Part shown: positions 51,840 to 62,002 of the stretch, piece by piece
How positions within the stretch are numbered: the stretch's first letter is position 1
Layout: every line of letters starts with the position of its first letter
From: Microcoleaceae cyanobacterium
Lineage (GTDB): Bacteria > Cyanobacteriota > Cyanobacteriia > Cyanobacteriales > Microcoleaceae
Direction of reading: 5' to 3'
DNA length: 64,000 nt
Assembly: GCA_051652765.1 (NCBI GenBank)
Contig: JBOFUV010000019.1
Coordinates: 1 to 64,000, forward strand
The notes under the pieces: generated by a model
Database searches by the model: none
The model's input: only the letters and a program-made list of their open reading frames with translations
What the model was told of the DNA's origin: nothing
Program-made: the position numbers and the translations under genes

Positions 51840-52706
51840 AGAGAATTAACCTCAATTTAAAGTGTTTATAGACACGCTTCACTCACATCAGAGAAGACTA
51901 CTTCTCTCTAACAAGGTCTGGAGATTTCAACACCTGGTAAGAAACACGCCCTCGTCGCAGTAGGTTCTCACGAAGCCCAAGTTAGATGCTTGAGATATTA
52001 AGGCTTTTAAATGAAGAACCTTGGCTGTTCTTGATTTAATCTTATTCAATGGTTGTAAGATATCTATGAACAAAACATGAGAAAAGTTTTATAACCCAAT
52101 GTTTTAACTCATGTTTTAGAACCTAAAGTCCTACTGCTTTTCTGTCTCTGATTAGGACTTTTACAATATATTTGAAATTTTGGCGGACAAAACTTCTAGT
52201 GTTGATAAAATGCCTCATCAACACTAGAAATCAGATATTTTTCTCTCAATCCGTTATTAACGTCCTATCTAAAATCAGGACGCTTTAGCTACTTCAACGA
52301 TTTGTTCAACGATTTGAGAGTTTTGAATTGAGAACTTTAAAGACTATGAGTTGTCGAGAAAACTGATTAAATTAAAGTTGACAACGGACAGATTACTGCC
52401 ATGAAATATTGGCAAAGAAACATTGGCAAAAAAATCCTCCTCAGTCTCCCCTCCTAAAACTGGCATATAAACACGAGTTAAGTTTGTTATCACTGTTCAT
52501 TATGCCTAATATCAACCTACAAATTTTGAGGGATCTTAGGAGTTTTGTCAGTCAATTCGTTATAGCCTAATTCAATTGCTATCGTAGAATTTGCACAACC
52601 CATCTTTACTTCACTTCAGAGGAATCACCCCTCGCAGTGCAAATTTGCTTACTCTCTGTTGACGGAATTGCACTGAATCTTGTTCCTGTCTAATCCAACC
52701 TACATA

Positions 52707-52844
52707 ATATTAAATCCGTTTGAATAATCGTATAAATAAGCAGGTGAAGGGGTTTGCCCCCTTCGTGGAGGCGATCGCGAAGCGTTGCACTGGCATCAGT
52801 CTCCACACCTCCCAGATCACCAGCAATCAGCCAGATTTGATATA
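52707..52844. mobile_element. MITE-like element with imperfect terminal inverted repeats and internal hairpins
   Basis: ATATTAAATCCGTTTGAAT ... AATCAGCCAGATTTGATAT; internal GAAGGGG/CCCCTTC hairpin and a HIP1 site. Confidence 0.5.
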
Positions 52845-52855
52845 GTCTATAACTT

Positions 52856-52987
52856 CTATAACAATCACAAATGATTTGTGATTGTTTTTGTGAAAAGGGG
52901 GTGAAGGGGGCGTTGCTCCCTTCTTGGGGACTGCGTCCCCAAACCCCGCTCTAGGTTTTTTTCACGATTGATTTAAGATCGCTATAG
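52856..52987. mobile_element. Second MITE-like element (CTATA-ended inverted repeats)
   Basis: CTATAACAATCACAAATGATTTGTGA ... TCACGATTGATTTAAGATCGCTATAG; internal GGGGAC-TGC-GTCCCC hairpin. Confidence 0.55.
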
Positions 52988-53028
52988 TCCGTTGCAAACT
53001 TTATCTCAGCAGGAACAAGAGTCAAGTC

Positions 53029-54267
53029 ATGGCCGACTTAACTGATGCCGATCCAATCCAATCGCAAGCAAATTCTTCCTTGCTCCCTGTTCAACCTCAG
53101 TATTCTCTCTGGCAGCTTACTCTGTATTTCCTCAAGTTAGGGACTTGGGGATTTGGGGGGCCAATTGCTTTAGTGGGCTATATGAAACGGGACTTGGTTG
53201 AGGAGCGCCACTGGGTTTCGGAGTCAGACTACAAAGAAGGACTATCCCTAGCCCAACTTGCTCCTGGCCCTTTGGCAGAGCAATTGGCGATTTACATGGG
53301 TTACGTTCACTACGGGATTCCCGGAGCAACCCTGACTGGACTGATTTTTCCGCTGCCCGCATTTCTAATGGTCATTACCTTGGGTTGGGCTTATGTTCAA
53401 TATGGTGGGCTGCCTTGGATGCAAGCTGTGTTTTACACCGTTGGGGCCAGTGTGATTGGCATTATTGCCAATAGCAGCTATAAATTAACGGCACGAACTT
53501 TGGGCAAAGATGGGTTGCTCTGGGGGATTTACATCCTGTCGGCGGCGGTTACGGTCATTACTGAATCCGAAAAAATTGCTTTGATTCTGGCCTCAGGAAT
53601 TTTAGTTTGGTTGGTGAAAGCCCCACCTAAATCCTGGCTTAATCGGGGCAAGTTATCTGGGTTTGCGATTACGCCATTCCTTGCAGCCCTGGCTGTGAAT
53701 ACCGCTGTGAATGCCAGTGCCGCCCCTGGAACCCTGTGGAATATCTTTACCTTCTTTGGCAAGGCGGGAGCCTTTGTTTTTGGCAGTGGTTTAGCAATTG
53801 TGCCGTTTCTCTACGGCGGCTTGGTGAATGACTTGCAGTGGCTCAATTCCGAACAATTTGTGGATGCAGTCGCGGTGGCGATGATTACCCCTGGCCCAGT
53901 TGTCATTACCGTTGGGTTCATTGGTTACTTGGTGGCTGGGCTGGCTGGAGCGCTTGTTGCAACTCTGGCAACTTTTTTACCTTGCTATTTATTTACGATT
54001 ATCCCAGCGCCTTATTTCAAGAAACATGGCAAACAACCTGGAGTTGCGGCTTTTGTGGAAGGAGTCACCGTGGCCGCCATTGGAGCTATTACGGGAGCAG
54101 TGGTTGTCTTAGGAAAGCGATCGCTCGTTGATATTCCTACCGTTATTGTTGCGATTGTTACCCTGGTGTTACTTCTAGTGTTTAAGAAAAAACTCCCTGA
54201 ACCCTTGATTATCCTGGCTTCTGCCCTACTGGGATTAGTTCTTTATCCTTTAGTTCATCCCGCTTAA
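53029..54267 (+). CDS. chrA: Chromate ion transporter (long-chain CHR family)
   Basis: GFGGP..AQLAPGP and FGSG..AMITPGP duplicated halves. Confidence 0.92.
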   Translation: MADLTDADPIQSQANSSLLPVQPQYSLWQLTLYFLKLGTWGFGGPIALVGYMKRDLVEERHWVSESDYKEGLSLAQLAPGPLAEQLAIYMGYVHYGIPGATLTGLIFPLPAFLMVITLGWAYVQYGGLPWMQAVFYTVGASVIGIIANSSYKLTARTLGKDGLLWGIYILSAAVTVITESEKIALILASGILVWLVKAPPKSWLNRGKLSGFAITPFLAALAVNTAVNASAAPGTLWNIFTFFGKAGAFVFGSGLAIVPFLYGGLVNDLQWLNSEQFVDAVAVAMITPGPVVITVGFIGYLVAGLAGALVATLATFLPCYLFTIIPAPYFKKHGKQPGVAAFVEGVTVAAIGAITGAVVVLGKRSLVDIPTVIVAIVTLVLLLVFKKKLPEPLIILASALLGLVLYPLVHPA

Positions 54268-54281
54268 CTCCAGGAAAACTC

Positions 54282-54953
54282 TCAAGGACACAGGCGATAG
54301 CCCATGCCTCGAACGGTTTCAATCTGGTTACTATGGAGTTTCTTGCGTAAGTAGCCAACATAGACATCCACAATATTAGAGCCGGGGTCATAGTCGTAGC
54401 CCCAGACTTGATCCAGCAGTTGCTCCCGACTCAGTACCTGACCCGGATGACGGAGAAACACTTCCAACAACTGAAACTCTTTGGCTGAAAGCTTAATCGG
54501 GCGATCGCTAATTTGAGCCTGTCGAGAATACAAGTCTAGGGTAATTTCCCCCATGCACAGCAGTCGTTCTTCCTTGCTCAGGGGGGTAGTCACTGAGTGG
54601 CGTAGACGAGCTTTGACTCGTGCCAGTAATTCTGCAAAGCGAAAGGGTTTAGTGACATAGTCATCTGCTCCCTCTTCAAACCCAGTCACTTTATCTTCCA
54701 CATCATCCCGCGCCGTCAGAATAATGATAGGCAACTGTTCCCCTTGACCCCTTAACTCTTGCAATACCTGGAACCCATCTTGGTTTGGCATATTCAGATC
54801 CAAGATCAAGAGGTCGAAGTTGCTCCCTAGGGCCTTTTCAATCGCCTCCTGCCCATCGCTGGCGATCGCAGTGGTAAACCCATTGGCTCGCAGTCCCTTC
54901 TCGAGAAACGCTGCAATGCGAGGTTCATCTTCAGCAATTAGAATCCGGCTCAT
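54282..54953 (-). CDS. OmpR-family response regulator
   Basis: ILIAEDE, LILDLNMP, DDYVTKPF and winged-HTH ETVRGMGY motifs. Confidence 0.95.
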   Translation of the reverse strand: MSRILIAEDEPRIAAFLEKGLRANGFTTAIASDGQEAIEKALGSNFDLLILDLNMPNQDGFQVLQELRGQGEQLPIIILTARDDVEDKVTGFEEGADDYVTKPFRFAELLARVKARLRHSVTTPLSKEERLLCMGEITLDLYSRQAQISDRPIKLSAKEFQLLEVFLRHPGQVLSREQLLDQVWGYDYDPGSNIVDVYVGYLRKKLHSNQIETVRGMGYRLCP

Positions 54954-55300
54954 TAAAAAGTTACCTCTGGATGGAGGAGGAAAAAAATAGGACAATGCTA
55001 AGTAGCTTCAAAATAGCTTGGTTAATCTTTGACAACAAGCTATGAACAGCAACCCTGAGAACACCTTCCCCCGAAAACCCTGATCAACCTTCATGACCTC
55101 AATCACCGACTTGCTATATCGTTTTACCCTTAGCAAGACTCTAGCCCTAATCATCCAAACTTTATTCATACAACCTTGATATTAAAGGAAAATTCTGGCA
55201 TTTCGCAAGATAATAGTAATGATCAGGAATTATCAGCAATAAATCCGTTGAGGCTACCTTTAACCTCAGTATCTTCTAGCCTCATCTAAAATCCGCTGGT

Positions 55301-56452
55301 TTACTCCTCATAAATGGGTGCATACAGGGTATCCCGTTGCTGAAAGGGTCGTTGAATCGAACCAATGGCATTTTTCAAGGCTTCAGGCTCCATGCAGGTT
55401 CCCCCTTGAGCCCCGGCCATGGTGGTGATGTGTTCCTCCATCAGAGTTCCGCCAATGTCATTGCAGCCCCAGTTCAGAGCCTCGATGGCCCCGGCCAGAC
55501 CTAACTTCACCCAACTCGGTTGATGGTTCGGAATCCAATTGCCCAGAAAAATCCGGGCCACCGCAGTGAACAACAAGGTCTTCTCTAAGTTGGGCTGGTC
55601 TCGACCAACCCGCCGCCGCAAGAACGCTGGAGCCTCTTGTCCCACAAAGGGCAGGGCAATAAATTCAGTTATGCGGGCCGGATAGTTGTTTTCCAGGACT
55701 TTTTGTTGGAGCGATCGCAATTTCTCCAAATGTCCAATTTGCTGTTCTGGAGTTTCGATATGACCACAGAGAATCGTGCTTGTTGTCGGCATTCCCAAGC
55801 GATGAGCCGTTTCAACGATTTCCAACCAAGTGGCCGTGTTAAGCTTTTCTGGGCAAATGACTTGCCGAACCGCATCGTCTAAAACCTCCGCTGCTGTTCC
55901 TGGCATGGAGCCGACCCCAGCCTCTTGAAGATTTGCAATCACCTGTTCATAGCTTAGGCTATCTTCCCTGGCAATAAACTGAATTTCCTGGGGGGAAAAG
56001 GCATGGATATGGAGGTGAGGAAATTCCTGCTTTAGGGTTTTCACTAAGTTCAGGTAGAAAGGTAGAGCGGCTCCCTTGATCTTGACCTCAGGATTTAAGC
56101 CCCCCTGCATACAAATTTCTGTCGCGTTTCGCTCTACAGCGTTAGCCGCTTTTTCTAAAATTTGAGCCGTGTTTAGCCAGAATGCCCCATCTTGATCGGC
56201 ATCCCGTCGAAATGCACAAAAGCTACAATGTTGCTCACAAATATTAGTAAAGTTAATATTGCGATTAATCACATAGGTCACAACCTCTCCAACTTGGCGG
56301 CGGCGTAACTCATCACTGACTGTCCGAACTGCTGCAATCACCTCTGGATTACTCTGACGGAGGATGTGCAATCCCTCCTCTGGCGAGAGATCGAGTCCAG
56401 CGATCGCTCGATCTAGGACAATGTCGATATTGGAAGCAATCATAGACTCCAT
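55301..56452 (-). CDS. cofH: FO synthase subunit CofH (radical SAM)
   Basis: [27 protein letters not shown] and [10 protein letters not shown] motifs. Confidence 0.92.
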   Translation of the reverse strand: MESMIASNIDIVLDRAIAGLDLSPEEGLHILRQSNPEVIAAVRTVSDELRRRQVGEVVTYVINRNINFTNICEQHCSFCAFRRDADQDGAFWLNTAQILEKAANAVERNATEICMQGGLNPEVKIKGAALPFYLNLVKTLKQEFPHLHIHAFSPQEIQFIAREDSLSYEQVIANLQEAGVGSMPGTAAEVLDDAVRQVICPEKLNTATWLEIVETAHRLGMPTTSTILCGHIETPEQQIGHLEKLRSLQQKVLENNYPARITEFIALPFVGQEAPAFLRRRVGRDQPNLEKTLLFTAVARIFLGNWIPNHQPSWVKLGLAGAIEALNWGCNDIGGTLMEEHITTMAGAQGGTCMEPEALKNAIGSIQRPFQQRDTLYAPIYEE

Positions 56453-56582
56453 GTAAAGAGAACTGTTATAACCGATGGTAATTAAATAGTAGTTAATTTT
56501 TCAGGTCTCTAACTTTGGGTTGAATTTAATTTTGTTAATACTTTTGTTAATACTTTTGTCAGTTATCTTTCCCCTCCACCCT

Positions 56583-57959
56583 ATGCTGTATTTCGACGAC
56601 CCGCTTGCCAAAATATCAAACAGAAAATTCTCTCAGTTCTTTAAATCCTTGAGATTCTCTAGCACTTTTAAGGTGATTAGTGCTCTGGCCGTGGGTTGTG
56701 AGTTCTTTGGAGCGAGTTTGATTGGGCCTGTTCTCGCCCAAGCTCAACCCCAAACTCAACCCCAAACTCAGCCGACCACAGCAGAAACCTCCTCCCGTTT
56801 TGATCAGTTGTATCAGGCGGGCGTTGAACAGTTTCGGGGGGGATTGTTTCAGGAAGCTTTGCAAACTTTTGAGCAGGTTCGTCAGCAATTGTCGGTAGAG
56901 ACCGATCCAGTCCGATTTGCTAAAACCCTGAATGCAATCGGTGAAGTCTACGCCAACCTGGGGGAAAATTCTCAAGCGTTAAAGACCTTGCAACAGGCCC
57001 TAGGGATCTATCGTCAGCAACGTCCGGCCACAGAGGGCGATCGCCAACAACTCAATATCGGCGTGAGTCGCAGTTTGAACTTAATCGGCTTTGTCAATCG
57101 CACCGAAGGGAAATTTCAAGAAGCCTTGAAACAGCATCAAGAAGCCCTACAACTGGCAGAATCAGCGAAAGATCCGGCTAGCATTGCTGAATCCTTTCAT
57201 AATATTGCCTCGGTCTATGCCAGTTTGGGTGAGTACGAACAAGCCCTAGCTTTCTATGAAAAGGCTCGTCCCCTGAGGGAACAGGTGGGAGATTTGCGGG
57301 ATTATAGCCGCACTTTGAATAACATTGGGGCTCTTTATTTTAGCCAGGGAAATCTCCAGAAAGCCCTAGAAATTTATCAGCAAGCTCTGGCCATGCGTCG
57401 TGAAACTGGGGATCAGGCAGGAGTGGGTCGATTGCTGAGCAATCTGGGATTGATCTATCGTCAGCTTGGGAATGATCCCCAAGCCTTGGCATATTTCAAA
57501 CAATCTGTAGGGTTGCTAGAACGAATTGGGGATGCCTCCAGCGCAGCTCGAATCTATGGCTTGATTGGGAATATCTATGAGCAGCAGGAACAATGGCAGG
57601 AAGCGATCGCCGCCTTCCAACAAGCAATCCAGTTGGCAAAAACCGCCGAAGATGATGAAAGGTTAGGGGATGCTTGGAGTCAGTTGGGGGAAATCTACAC
57701 GGGCCAAAGTCAATACCAAGAAGCCTTGAACGCTTATCAACAAGCCCTAGAAGCTCGTCAACAAGTTGGCAAAAAGGCTGAGATTGGCAAAACGTTAAAT
57801 CATTTGGGCGAGGTTTATGCTAGCTTAGGCAACTATTCTCAAGCGGTAGAAACCTTGCAGCAAGCCGTCCTCTTACTCAAGGAAGCAGGAGATGTAGAAG
57901 GCGAAAAAGCGGCCCGTCAAACCCTGCAAACCATTGAACAAAAACAGAAACAGCCATAA
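56583..57959 (+). CDS. Tetratricopeptide repeat protein, likely exported
   Basis: Multiple LNNIG..Y...G...AL..YQQAL repeats; signal-like hydrophobic segment. Confidence 0.9.
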   Translation: MLYFDDPLAKISNRKFSQFFKSLRFSSTFKVISALAVGCEFFGASLIGPVLAQAQPQTQPQTQPTTAETSSRFDQLYQAGVEQFRGGLFQEALQTFEQVRQQLSVETDPVRFAKTLNAIGEVYANLGENSQALKTLQQALGIYRQQRPATEGDRQQLNIGVSRSLNLIGFVNRTEGKFQEALKQHQEALQLAESAKDPASIAESFHNIASVYASLGEYEQALAFYEKARPLREQVGDLRDYSRTLNNIGALYFSQGNLQKALEIYQQALAMRRETGDQAGVGRLLSNLGLIYRQLGNDPQALAYFKQSVGLLERIGDASSAARIYGLIGNIYEQQEQWQEAIAAFQQAIQLAKTAEDDERLGDAWSQLGEIYTGQSQYQEALNAYQQALEARQQVGKKAEIGKTLNHLGEVYASLGNYSQAVETLQQAVLLLKEAGDVEGEKAARQTLQTIEQKQKQP

Positions 57960-58069
57960 GTTTCCTGAGATTTAAATCAATTTTTTATATCAATCTTCTC
58001 TAGTCCAACTTGCAATTCTTAACACGGAATCCCTTCAAGCAAAGCTTTTTAGTGGTAGGATTCTAGTCT

Positions 58070-58255
58070 TAATCTATTGGTTCTAATGGGGGTCAGCCAT
58101 TAGAGGTAACGGGGAAAGTCTGCCTGCTTGATGTCGTAGGCAAATGGTGAAAACCCATCGCTGTCCCGCAACTGTGATGAGATTGAGTTGGAAGTCTGAA
58201 GGTAAAAACCCTTTGGAAGCTCAATCTCTTAGTCAGAATGCCCGCCGGTAGAGAC
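58070..58255 (+). ncRNA. Cobalamin (B12) riboswitch
   Basis: GGTTCT..GGGGAAAGT, GGTGAAAACC T-loop, GCTGTCCCGCAACTGT and B12-box AGTCAGAATGCCCGCC; upstream of hupE-cobW. Confidence 0.92.
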
Positions 58256-58287
58256 CTAATATTCACCACTCAATCTGCGAGGTACAG

Positions 58288-58968
58288 ATGGTTAGTCAGT
58301 TAGTCAGTCAAATTCTCCGGCCAGCGGGGCTGTTGGTTGTGGTTCGTGTTGTCGGTTTCCTCCTCATTTTCGGGCTCATTGCTCCGCCCGCGATCGCCCA
58401 CCACCCAACAGGCGGGGAAATACCTGCAAATTTTTTAGAAGGGTTTCTGTCTGGACTGGCTCATCCAGTGATTGGTCTAGATCACTTGGCCTTCGTTGTT
58501 GCGACTGGATTACTCGGCGCAATTTGCCAGCAGGGAGTTTTGATTCCAATAGCATTTGTATTAGCGGCCTTGGGGGGAACTGGGTTGCATCTAATGGAGT
58601 TGAATTTACCCGGTGCTGAATTTTTAATTTCGAGTTCTGTGCTCCTGTTTGGGATTTTGCTAGCGATGAAGCAGGCTCCGCACACCTGGGTTGTTGTGGG
58701 GCTGGCTGCTGTTGCTGGAATAGTTCATGGCTATGCTTACGGAGAATCTATCGTGGGAGCAGAAATGACCCCTTTAGTTGCCTATCTGCTGGGATTTACC
58801 GTGATTCAGATCGGAATCGCGATCGCTGCTTTTAGATTTGGCAAGACCGCATGGACTCGCTCCACTGAACCGTCCTCTTTAACGTTTCGATTTGCAGGGT
58901 TTTTGTTGGCAGGCATTGGAGTTGCTTTCCTCTCAACGCTCATCCTGGAATCAGTTTTTCCGGTATAG
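58288..58968 (+). CDS. hupE: HupE/UreJ-family Co/Ni transporter
   Basis: AHHPTGG, GLAHPVIGLDH and HGYAYGE motifs; under B12 riboswitch control. Confidence 0.9.
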   Translation: MVSQLVSQILRPAGLLVVVRVVGFLLIFGLIAPPAIAHHPTGGEIPANFLEGFLSGLAHPVIGLDHLAFVVATGLLGAICQQGVLIPIAFVLAALGGTGLHLMELNLPGAEFLISSSVLLFGILLAMKQAPHTWVVVGLAAVAGIVHGYAYGESIVGAEMTPLVAYLLGFTVIQIGIAIAAFRFGKTAWTRSTEPSSLTFRFAGFLLAGIGVAFLSTLILESVFPV

Positions 58969-58991
58969 AATCCTAGGCTTTGAATGAACTC

Positions 58992-60065
58992 ATGCATAAA
59001 CTTCCGGTTACGGTGATTACGGGTTTTTTAGGGGCGGGGAAAACCACCCTAGTTCGTCATTTATTGCAGAATAATCAAGGTCGAAGAATAGCAGTCTTGG
59101 TCAATGAATTCGGTGAAATTGGTATTGATGGCGAGTTGTTGCGTTCCTGTCAGGTGTGTGACCTTGAAGATGAATCCAATCCAGAGTTCAATCAGGCGAT
59201 CAACCCAACTCTCAGTCTGCCTCTCAGTCAAAATATCCTAGAGCTAGCCAACGGTTGTTTGTGTTGTACGGTGCAGGAAGAGTTTCTGCCGACGATGCAA
59301 GAGTTACTAAAACGGCGAGAACAACTGGATTGTATCTTGATTGAAACCTCTGGGCTGGCCCTGCCAAAACCGTTAATTCAAGCCTTTCGTTGGCCAGAAA
59401 TTCGGACTGGGGCAACTGTGGATGGCGTGGTGACCGTGGTAGATTGTGAGGCGTTGGCGGCTGGACGGCTAGTGGGAGATTTAGCAGCTTTAGCAGCCCA
59501 GCGCCAAGCCGATGACAGCCTGGATCATGAAACCCCAATTGAAGAGTTGTTCGAGGATCAACTGGCTTGTGCAGACTTGGTTTTGCTGACGAAAACGGAT
59601 TTGATTACCCCTGAAGCTTTGGCCCAGATTCGGGCTTGGTTAGAACAGGAGGTACAACCTGGAGTCAAGCTGGTTGAGTGCCGGGGTGGAGAGATTGACC
59701 CTAGGGTTTTGCTGGGATTCAATGCTGCTGTTGAAGATCACCTCGATCAACGTCCTAGCCATCATGATCCTGAAGCCGACCATGAACACGATGATCAGAT
59801 CAACTCCGTACATGTGGTTGTTCAACAAGAGTTTGAACCCGCAGAGCTAGTCAGTCGCTTGCAGTCCTTGGTGCAACAGCAAGAAATTTACCGCATCAAA
59901 GGGTTTGCCGCAGTCCCCAATAAGGCGATGCGGCTAGTCGTACAAGGAGTTGGCAATCGGTTTGAGACATTTTATGATCGCCCGTGGCAAGCCCACGAAT
60001 CTCGCCAAACGACCTTAGTGTTTATTGGGCAGAACCTGAATCAGGCCCAAGTTCAGCTAGCTTGA
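58992..60065 (+). CDS. cobW: Cobalamin biosynthesis GTPase CobW
   Basis: TGFLGAGKTT, NGCLCCTV, ETSGLALPKPL, FRWPEI and EDQLACAD motifs. Confidence 0.95.
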   Translation: MHKLPVTVITGFLGAGKTTLVRHLLQNNQGRRIAVLVNEFGEIGIDGELLRSCQVCDLEDESNPEFNQAINPTLSLPLSQNILELANGCLCCTVQEEFLPTMQELLKRREQLDCILIETSGLALPKPLIQAFRWPEIRTGATVDGVVTVVDCEALAAGRLVGDLAALAAQRQADDSLDHETPIEELFEDQLACADLVLLTKTDLITPEALAQIRAWLEQEVQPGVKLVECRGGEIDPRVLLGFNAAVEDHLDQRPSHHDPEADHEHDDQINSVHVVVQQEFEPAELVSRLQSLVQQQEIYRIKGFAAVPNKAMRLVVQGVGNRFETFYDRPWQAHESRQTTLVFIGQNLNQAQVQLA

Positions 60066-60989
60066 TGAATCTGTGGAATGGTCATAGGTAACCTGATCTG
60101 AACTATACTCAGGTGATTCAACGTGAATCACCGTTCGGACTGGACTAAATCGCCGTTCTAACTCTGCTTCTACGGTTTCAGTGATTTTATGAGCCGTTGC
60201 CACATCTTGAGCGGCAACGATCATGTGCATTTCGATAAACACCTGTCGTCCCATCTGTCCTCTGGACGCAATATGATGGCAATTGACCACTCCGGGGACA
60301 GACATGGCGATCGCCTTAATAGTTTCCGGGGCAATCACCATCTGATCCACAAGCCAGGGAAGGTTGGCTTGAATGATCTCCCATCCACTCCGGAGGACAA
60401 AAAAGGCAACGGGAAATGCCAAAACGACATCTAAAATCTGTAACTGAGGGACATTCCACAACTGTCCTAACCAAATTCCGATTAATCCGCTAATCACGAT
60501 CAAGGTTGTCCAGATATCGCTCATCGTATGTTTTGCATCAGCGATCAGCAGTGAGCTTCCGAGTTTCATACCCTGATGTCGCTCGTAGTACGCAACAAAG
60601 ATATTAATTCCTAGCACAATCAGTAAAATCCACAGTTGTAAGGCAGAAATTTCCACAGGTTCAGTGGGTTTAAAGAGTCGCTCAATGGCACTGCTGACAA
60701 TTTCAAAACAGGCAACTCCCAAGAAGGCGGCAACCCCTAATGCTCCTAACGCATCAAATTTTTGATGTCCATAGGGATGGTCTCGGTCTGGGTGAGGAGA
60801 GGCAAAATGATTTGTCACTAATCCCAACACATTATTGGCGGCATCAGTAATGCTATGCAGGGCATCTGCAAGTAAACTCAGAGAGCCTGTTGTCCAACCC
60901 AAAATCGATTTAATTAAAATAACTAACACATTTAACAACAGCGTCAGTCCCAAAACTTGGCGGATTTTGGCACGATTATCAGTAACCAT
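60057..60989 (-). CDS. Cation diffusion facilitator (CDF) transporter
   Basis: ADALHSITD, HPYGHQK and ADAKHTMSD motifs. Confidence 0.93.
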   Translation of the reverse strand: MVTDNRAKIRQVLGLTLLLNVLVILIKSILGWTTGSLSLLADALHSITDAANNVLGLVTNHFASPHPDRDHPYGHQKFDALGALGVAAFLGVACFEIVSSAIERLFKPTEPVEISALQLWILLIVLGINIFVAYYERHQGMKLGSSLLIADAKHTMSDIWTTLIVISGLIGIWLGQLWNVPQLQILDVVLAFPVAFFVLRSGWEIIQANLPWLVDQMVIAPETIKAIAMSVPGVVNCHHIASRGQMGRQVFIEMHMIVAAQDVATAHKITETVEAELERRFSPVRTVIHVESPEYSSDQVTYDHSTDSSS

Positions 60990-61044
60990 AGCTTCACCTG
61001 AATGAATTTACAGCAGTCTTTAAATCAGTGAGGGAGATCTCAGC

Positions 61045-61110
61045 CACCCAAGTTCCCTTTTTCTAGACGCGAAGCGGCTTCTTGTTAGAGTAGGAGAATT
61101 TAGAGGGATC
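61045..61110. repeat. Degenerate dispersed repeat with a nested TA-flanked mini-insert (61064-61092)
   Basis: AAGTTCCCTTTTTC[TAGACGCGAAGCGGCTTCTTGTTAGAGTA]GGAGAATTTAGAGGG; the outer part resembles the hairpin at 8444-8470. Confidence 0.4.
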
Positions 61111-61506
61111 GCTCCGTATCACATCTGAACACGAACGGCTGTATTATTGAGTGATTAGTGAGATGTAAAACTCTCTACAGTTTTTTTGAGAATGAGGGCA
61201 GCTTGATGGCTTGACCTATTTCATTTCTAGTTTAGAACGAATATATAGCCTTGTGCTCTGTTGCAATTTATTCTTGGTTTCAATTGAGTTTTCAAATTAG
61301 CTTGAACTCGTTGAATCTATCTATAACTTTTTACAAGACAGAGACTATAGATGTTAAAAAGGGTTAACGTTTGAAACAAATCAACGGTCGAGCTATAGAA
61401 TTAGTCTGAACTCGGAAATTAGTTTTGATCTTCTAAAACTAATCCAATTGGTACCGTTAGATGTCAACAACTTGCTCTTTCTTGCATAACCCGTCAATCT
61501 ATTGCT

Positions 61507-61860
61507 ATGTCAACAGCTCCACTCACTTTGAATCTAGTTCAGGGCTCTGTTTCAATTCAATTTACCCTGGAGGCTGCCCAAGATTTGAAGGCAAATTTAG
61601 ATGAGTTATTACAAAAACTAAAGGTATCTGCCCCAAAATCTTCTGCGGGTTCTAATAAACCTCATCCTCAGCGCCCAATGGAATATCGGTACACCGGAGA
61701 CGTATTCTTAGAGGTATTCTGTAATCCCAATATCTGGCCCAGCCCTTTTGCCGCCAAGGTCTTAATCATGGTTCGAGATGATCGGATTAAAGTTAACGCC
61801 GAGGCAGAACTAACGCGAATTCTTGAAGATGTCAATCAGTACATCGAACAAATCATCTAG
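61507..61860 (+). CDS. Conserved cyanobacterial hypothetical protein
   Basis: LNLVQGSV..FLEVFCNPNIWPSPFAAKVL block. Confidence 0.8.
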   Translation: MSTAPLTLNLVQGSVSIQFTLEAAQDLKANLDELLQKLKVSAPKSSAGSNKPHPQRPMEYRYTGDVFLEVFCNPNIWPSPFAAKVLIMVRDDRIKVNAEAELTRILEDVNQYIEQII

Positions 61861-62002
61861 AACTAGGCAGCAATCCCGACTTAAGCCTGAACTAAAATTC
61901 TCTATGTGGTCAGCTTTAACAGGTGCTACAATAAATCCCAGACTGACAAGTTCCAAATTTGGGGCAAAGTCAGTTACTGCTGAATTAGTGTTTTGATTTC
62001 TC

